DNA of 64,000 nucleotides from a bacterium (GTDB lineage: Bacteria; SAR324; NAC60-12): contig CBDBHR010000029.1 of the NCBI GenBank assembly GCA_965205865.1, positions 768,001-832,000 of the forward strand, written 5' to 3'. The notes under the pieces were generated by a model. That model saw only the letters and a list, made by a program, of their open reading frames with translations. It made no database searches and was not told the DNA's origin. The position numbers and the translations under genes are program-made. How positions within the stretch are numbered: position 1 is the stretch's first letter; every line of letters starts with the position of its first letter. Of the stretch, positions 59,584 to 64,000 are shown piece after piece.

Positions 59584-61080
59584 ATGGAGCACTTGGAAGA
59601 ATTGGCTGCTCACCCAAGCGGAATTGATCTTTTGAAGGAAAACACTCCCTCTCGGGCGGCGAAAGCGGTCTTTGCAGAGCAGATGGGGGTCGATGAAGAT
59701 ATGATGCGAAAAATCCTGAAAGCGGCGATGAGCCTGGGGGGCGATTTTGCGGACCTTTTTTTTGAATACACACTGAGAAATTCGATTATCCTGGAAGAAG
59801 GGATCATCAAAAATTCGTCAAAAGTTGTCATCATGGGAGTGGGCATCCGGGTTCTCAAAGGAGAACAAACGGGTTATGCCTATAGTGAAGATTTGAGTCT
59901 GAAACCCATGCTCCATGCAGCCCGCACGGCCGCTGCCATTGCAACAGGAGGCAAAGTAAAAATCGAAGACGTCGAGCAGTTCAATGAAACGGTTCCTCCT
60001 GACTACTACAGAGTCATAAATACTATCAGCGACTTGGCCATTGCCGAGAAAATCCGCCTGCTCCGGGAAGTAGAAAAAAATTCTCACAACTATGATGAAC
60101 GTATTATCAAAGTCACCGTCACTCTGACGGATTCCATCGAATATATTCAGATTGCAACCTCCGAGGGAAAAATCATACGGGACACCCGTCCTATGTTTCG
60201 CATGAGCGTCCAATGCCTTGCGCAACAGGAAGAGAATATTCAAATTGGATTTTCGGGAGTGGGTGGTCGAGTGGGGATGGATTTCCTGCAGCAAGACAAT
60301 CATGCCCGCATAATAGGGGAAAAAGCGGCCTGGCAAGCCATTTTACTGCTTGGCGCTCAGCAAGCGCCTTCCGGGGAAATGCCGGTCATTTTAGGACCTG
60401 CCCAATCCGGCATCCTCTTGCACGAAGCAGTCGGACATCCCATCGAAGCGGATTTCAATCGCAAGGGGACTTCGGCCTACAGTGGTCGTGTTGGAGAAAA
60501 GGTGGCTTCTGAGTTATGTACGATTTATGATTCCGGCCAAATAGAATACGACCGGGGCGCCTTGAATTTTGACGACGAGGGAAACGAGTCACCTGCCAGT
60601 ACGCTGATTGAAAATGGCATCCTGCGTAGTTATATGCATGACACTATCAGCAGCCGGTATTATCAAGTAGAGGCATCCGGAAATGGACGGCGAGAATCTT
60701 ATGCTCACTACCCCACTCCACGAATGACGACCACGTATCTTGCCAATGGCGAATCGCCGCCGGAAGAAATCATCCGCTCCGTTAAAAAGGGAATTTATTG
60801 CGAATCCTTCAGTGGGGGACAGGTGGACATTTCCAATGGAGATTTCGTTTTTGTGCCCACCGTTGCATACATGGTTGAAGAAGGCAAATGCGCCTATCCC
60901 ATCAAAAATTTCACTTTAATAGGCAATGGACCGGATGCCATGTCCAAGGTCACGATGGTGGGAAACGATTTTGCTTTCAGTGAGGGCATCTGGACTTGTG
61001 GAAAACAAGGTCAGAGCGTACCCGTGGGAGTGGGACTACCCACAGTGCTTGTTTCCCGGTTGACAGTGGGAGGTATCTGA
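59584..61080 (+). CDS. tldD: TldD metalloprotease
   Basis: FADLFFE, HEAVGH, GNGRRESY, PRMT, CGKQGQSVPVG. Confidence 0.9.
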   Translation: MEHLEELAAHPSGIDLLKENTPSRAAKAVFAEQMGVDEDMMRKILKAAMSLGGDFADLFFEYTLRNSIILEEGIIKNSSKVVIMGVGIRVLKGEQTGYAYSEDLSLKPMLHAARTAAAIATGGKVKIEDVEQFNETVPPDYYRVINTISDLAIAEKIRLLREVEKNSHNYDERIIKVTVTLTDSIEYIQIATSEGKIIRDTRPMFRMSVQCLAQQEENIQIGFSGVGGRVGMDFLQQDNHARIIGEKAAWQAILLLGAQQAPSGEMPVILGPAQSGILLHEAVGHPIEADFNRKGTSAYSGRVGEKVASELCTIYDSGQIEYDRGALNFDDEGNESPASTLIENGILRSYMHDTISSRYYQVEASGNGRRESYAHYPTPRMTTTYLANGESPPEEIIRSVKKGIYCESFSGGQVDISNGDFVFVPTVAYMVEEGKCAYPIKNFTLIGNGPDAMSKVTMVGNDFAFSEGIWTCGKQGQSVPVGVGLPTVLVSRLTVGGI

Positions 61081-61086
61081 AGAGCA

Positions 61087-62046
61087 ATGTCTCTGCCTCA
61101 ACCACTTGCCCACATTCCTGTGCTGAAAAAGGAAATTCTCGCCCACGTCCCTCCCCACTCGAAAAAAATCCTCGATTGTACGGTAGGAGGTGGAGGCCAC
61201 AGTGAAGCCTTGCTAAAGCAGTTCAACCGTGCGCAACTGTTGGCAATTGATCGAGATCCCATTGCTCTGGAGATTGCCAGCTCCCGATTGCTCCCTTACA
61301 AAACCCGCTTTCAACTCCATTATTCTCGATTTTCCGAACTGGCGGAAAAACTTGCTGAACGTTCATGGAAATTCGACTTCATTGTTGCCGATCTGGGAGT
61401 TTCTTCTTTTCAATTGGATCAACCGGAGCGGGGTTTTTCTTTCAGTCATGATGGTCCTCTGGACATGCGGATGGATCCCAAATCCGAAGAGAAAGATGCC
61501 GCACAATGGATTAATCATGCCAGCGAGCAAGAGTTGGTTACGATTTTTCAACGATTTGGAGAAGTGCGATTTGCCCGGAAAATCAGCCGTGGCATTGTCC
61601 AAAAACGAGAAGAAGAAAAATTCTCTTCCACGCGACAGTTGGCGGCCTTTGTCGCTTCTCTCATTCCTCAGCGATTTCACAAAAAGAAAATTCATCCTGC
61701 AACCCAGGTGTTTCAAGCCTTGCGAATTGCAGTCAATGATGAACTCCAAGAAGTGCGGACAATGTTGCAAACCGTATTTCCATATCTCAATGCAAGGGGG
61801 CGCTTGGCATGCATCGCGTTTCATTCGCTGGAAGACCGGCTGATCAAACGGCAATTTCAGCAATGGGGAAACCCATGCCAATGCCCACCGGAGTTGCCAT
61901 ACTGTGTTTGTGGGCTCCTGCCACTGGGGAAAAGGGTGGTGAAACGCCCTATAGTACCCACCACTGAAGAAATCGAAAACAACTCACGAAGCCGGAGTGC
62001 CAAACTGCGGATCTTTGAGCGATTCGGAGAGGATCCGGCAGAATGA
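61087..62046 (+). CDS. rsmH: 16S rRNA m4C1402 methyltransferase
   Basis: HIPVL, DCTVGGGGHS, DLGVSSFQLD, GPLDMRM, FHSLEDR, RSRSAKLR. Confidence 0.95.
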   Translation: MSLPQPLAHIPVLKKEILAHVPPHSKKILDCTVGGGGHSEALLKQFNRAQLLAIDRDPIALEIASSRLLPYKTRFQLHYSRFSELAEKLAERSWKFDFIVADLGVSSFQLDQPERGFSFSHDGPLDMRMDPKSEEKDAAQWINHASEQELVTIFQRFGEVRFARKISRGIVQKREEEKFSSTRQLAAFVASLIPQRFHKKKIHPATQVFQALRIAVNDELQEVRTMLQTVFPYLNARGRLACIAFHSLEDRLIKRQFQQWGNPCQCPPELPYCVCGLLPLGKRVVKRPIVPTTEEIENNSRSRSAKLRIFERFGEDPAE

Positions 62047-62252
62047 GGAGATGTCCCATTCAAAGAGAAAAAGGGGAAAAAGTTGCCCGCTTAAAATAGA
62101 CTCGGCAGGAAACATTCCGGAATTCTGCAGAAGAGGATGAATTTGGATTGCTAAAAATATGTTTTGGATTTATATTGAAATCTGCTTTATCCGCAGTGAC
62201 AAGACTGCCAATCCTTTCCAATGCTTGTTGACCTCTTTCAAGAAGGAACACC

Positions 62253-63707
62253 ATGAAAAATCTAGAAAACAAAAACCTTTTTCGGCAACAGGGATACCTG
62301 AACGGAAAATGGGTGGATGCCGATAACAACGCGGTGATCGAAGTAACGAATCCGGCAACCGGCGAAATCCTGGGAAGCATTCCCAATATGGGACCCGCAG
62401 AAACCCGCAGAGCGATTGAAGCGGCCAACGCGGCATTTCCCGGCTGGCGCGCCTTGACCGCAAAACAGCGGGCCGCTTATATGCGCTGCTGGTACGATTT
62501 GATTCAAGTAAACAAAGACGATCTTGCCTTACTGATGACCCTGGAACAGGGAAAACCACTGACGGAAGCGGCGGGAGAAGTGCAATACGCGGCTGCTTTT
62601 ATCGAATGGTTCGCAGAAGAAGCCAAACGGGCTTATGGGGACATCATTCCCACCCACAAAGCCGATGCGCGAATTGTGGTGACTCGAGAACCGGTGGGGG
62701 TCGTGGCGGCAATCACTCCCTGGAATTTCCCATCGGCAATGATTGCCCGGAAACTGGGACCAGCAATTGCGGTGGGTTGTACAATGGTTTTCAAACCGGC
62801 CAAATACACTCCATATAGCGCCTTTGCCCTGGCCTATCTGGCGGAGCAGGCAGGGATTCCCGAAGGGGTCATCAATGCGGTCACCGGGGAATCGGTACCG
62901 ATTGGTAAAGAACTGACCTCCAACCCCCTGGTACGCAAAGTGACCTTTACGGGATCCACCGGAATTGGAAAAAAGCTGCTGGAACAATCGGCTCGCACCG
63001 TTAAGAAAGTTTCGATGGAATTGGGGGGGAATGCCCCTTTTATCGTCTTTGATGACGCGGATCTGGAAGCCGCTGTGACTGGAGCCGTGGCTGCCAAATA
63101 TCGCAATACCGGACAAACCTGCGTTTGCACCAACCGTTTTTTTGCGCAGTCCGGGATCTATGAAACGTTTGTCGAAAAGCTTTCGGAAAAGGCGCGCAAC
63201 CTGAAAGTAGGTAGTGGCCTCGAAGAAGGAGTGACTCAAGGTCCTCTGATCGATATGGCAGCAGTCGACAAAGTGGAATCTCATATCAAAGATGCCCTGG
63301 CCCAGGGTGCTCGACTAACAGCAGGCGGGGAAAGACACGCGCTGGGAGGTACTTTTTTTCAACCAACGGTGCTGCGCGACGTCACTCCCAGCATGCGAAT
63401 CTGCCGGGAAGAAACGTTTGGCCCTGTTTCCGCCGTCTGCAAATTTGAAAGCGAAGCCGAAGCCATAGCCCTGGCCAATGATACTGAATTTGGTCTGGCG
63501 GCATATTTCTATACCCGGGATCTTGGCCGGGCATGGCGAGTCGGTGAAGCCTTGGAGTATGGAATCGTGGGGATCAATGAAGGGATCATTTCTACGGAGA
63601 CGGCTCCCTTTGGCGGTTTCAAGGAATCCGGAATTGGTCGGGAAGGTTCCAAATACGGTATTGATGATTACACCGAAATCAAATATATGCTGATGGGCGG
63701 TATCTAA
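62253..63707 (+). CDS. gabD: NAD(P)-dependent succinate-semialdehyde dehydrogenase
   Basis: ITPWNFP, FTGSTGIG, MELGGNAP, GQTCVC, EETFGP, GREGSKYG. Confidence 0.93.
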   Translation: MKNLENKNLFRQQGYLNGKWVDADNNAVIEVTNPATGEILGSIPNMGPAETRRAIEAANAAFPGWRALTAKQRAAYMRCWYDLIQVNKDDLALLMTLEQGKPLTEAAGEVQYAAAFIEWFAEEAKRAYGDIIPTHKADARIVVTREPVGVVAAITPWNFPSAMIARKLGPAIAVGCTMVFKPAKYTPYSAFALAYLAEQAGIPEGVINAVTGESVPIGKELTSNPLVRKVTFTGSTGIGKKLLEQSARTVKKVSMELGGNAPFIVFDDADLEAAVTGAVAAKYRNTGQTCVCTNRFFAQSGIYETFVEKLSEKARNLKVGSGLEEGVTQGPLIDMAAVDKVESHIKDALAQGARLTAGGERHALGGTFFQPTVLRDVTPSMRICREETFGPVSAVCKFESEAEAIALANDTEFGLAAYFYTRDLGRAWRVGEALEYGIVGINEGIISTETAPFGGFKESGIGREGSKYGIDDYTEIKYMLMGGI

Positions 63708-63958
63708 CGAGTTTCGCTACTTCTTCGTAAGCAGTCAATGCAATGTCGGCCTTCGTTTTTCCGGATTTTTTAACAGGAACAACGGAGGCGACACTTTCCA
63801 TTCTGTAACTCGACACTAAAAATTCTTCGTCCCTGTTGAATTGACAGGCATGAATCTCCTCTCAGCTAAAGGGAGGTGGGGGAGAATTTCCACGTCTGAA
63901 AAAATTCGCTCCGGAATGGCGCGTAGTTGTGTCTGGTGTTGAGTTCGACGCTTGATTG

Positions 63959-64000
63959 TCATTGAATTTCAATCGTAGCGCCAGCAGCTTCCAGTTTTTC
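63959..64000 (-). CDS. rplL: Probable C-terminus of ribosomal protein L7/L12 (partial)
   Basis: EKLEAAGATIEIQ* matches the L12 C-terminal signature; only 13 residues are visible. Confidence 0.6.
   Translation of the reverse strand, partial: EKLEAAGATIEIQ

Noticed and set aside
63700..63860. Small minus-strand ORF with RBS downstream of rplL (MPVNSTGTKNF)
   Set aside because: Only 11 codons and no similarity to RpoB or any family I recognise
1..64000. CRISPR array, rRNA, intact integrase/transposase or prophage
   Set aside because: No regularly spaced repeats, rRNA-like sequence or such ORFs were seen by eye

Overview
A ~64 kb bacterial chromosomal segment of mostly moderate GC. Gene content suggests a Gram-negative, probably marine heterotroph, plausibly Deltaproteobacteria/SAR324-like (inference only). 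Housekeeping and metabolic genes: mtaB, nuoN, tRNA-Pro(GGG), DAHP synthase, hisG/hisI, dcd, selU, tldD, rsmH, gabD and the 3' end of rplL. Scavenging and catabolic genes: FadL plus a lipoprotein lipase, a ProVWX/TmoXWV-type ABC transporter, LLM oxidoreductases, a TPP decarboxylase, an acyl-CoA ligase, an SDR, an amidohydrolase and a fused IOR. There are two accessory or decaying zones. The first (~31.3-37.8 kb) is a defence-type islet: an HTH/coiled-coil protein, a putative type II R-M pair, a truncated SNF2 helicase, and an AT-rich SDH/ClpP-fold protease plus a small basic protein, all bracketed by broken host-type genes. The second (~48.9-52.4 kb) holds pseudogenes, a transposase remnant, a REP-like element and an apparently inserted secreted nuclease gene. 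The best candidates for undescribed biology are the protease plus small-protein module, a full-length MetA homolog lacking its catalytic cysteine, a RocS/Par-like protein, an operon of three ABC ATPases and a foldase with no permease, and a structured RNA downstream of a porin. Many normally operonic genes are orphaned here, pointing to a heavily shuffled genome. All calls come from reading motifs; no searches were run.
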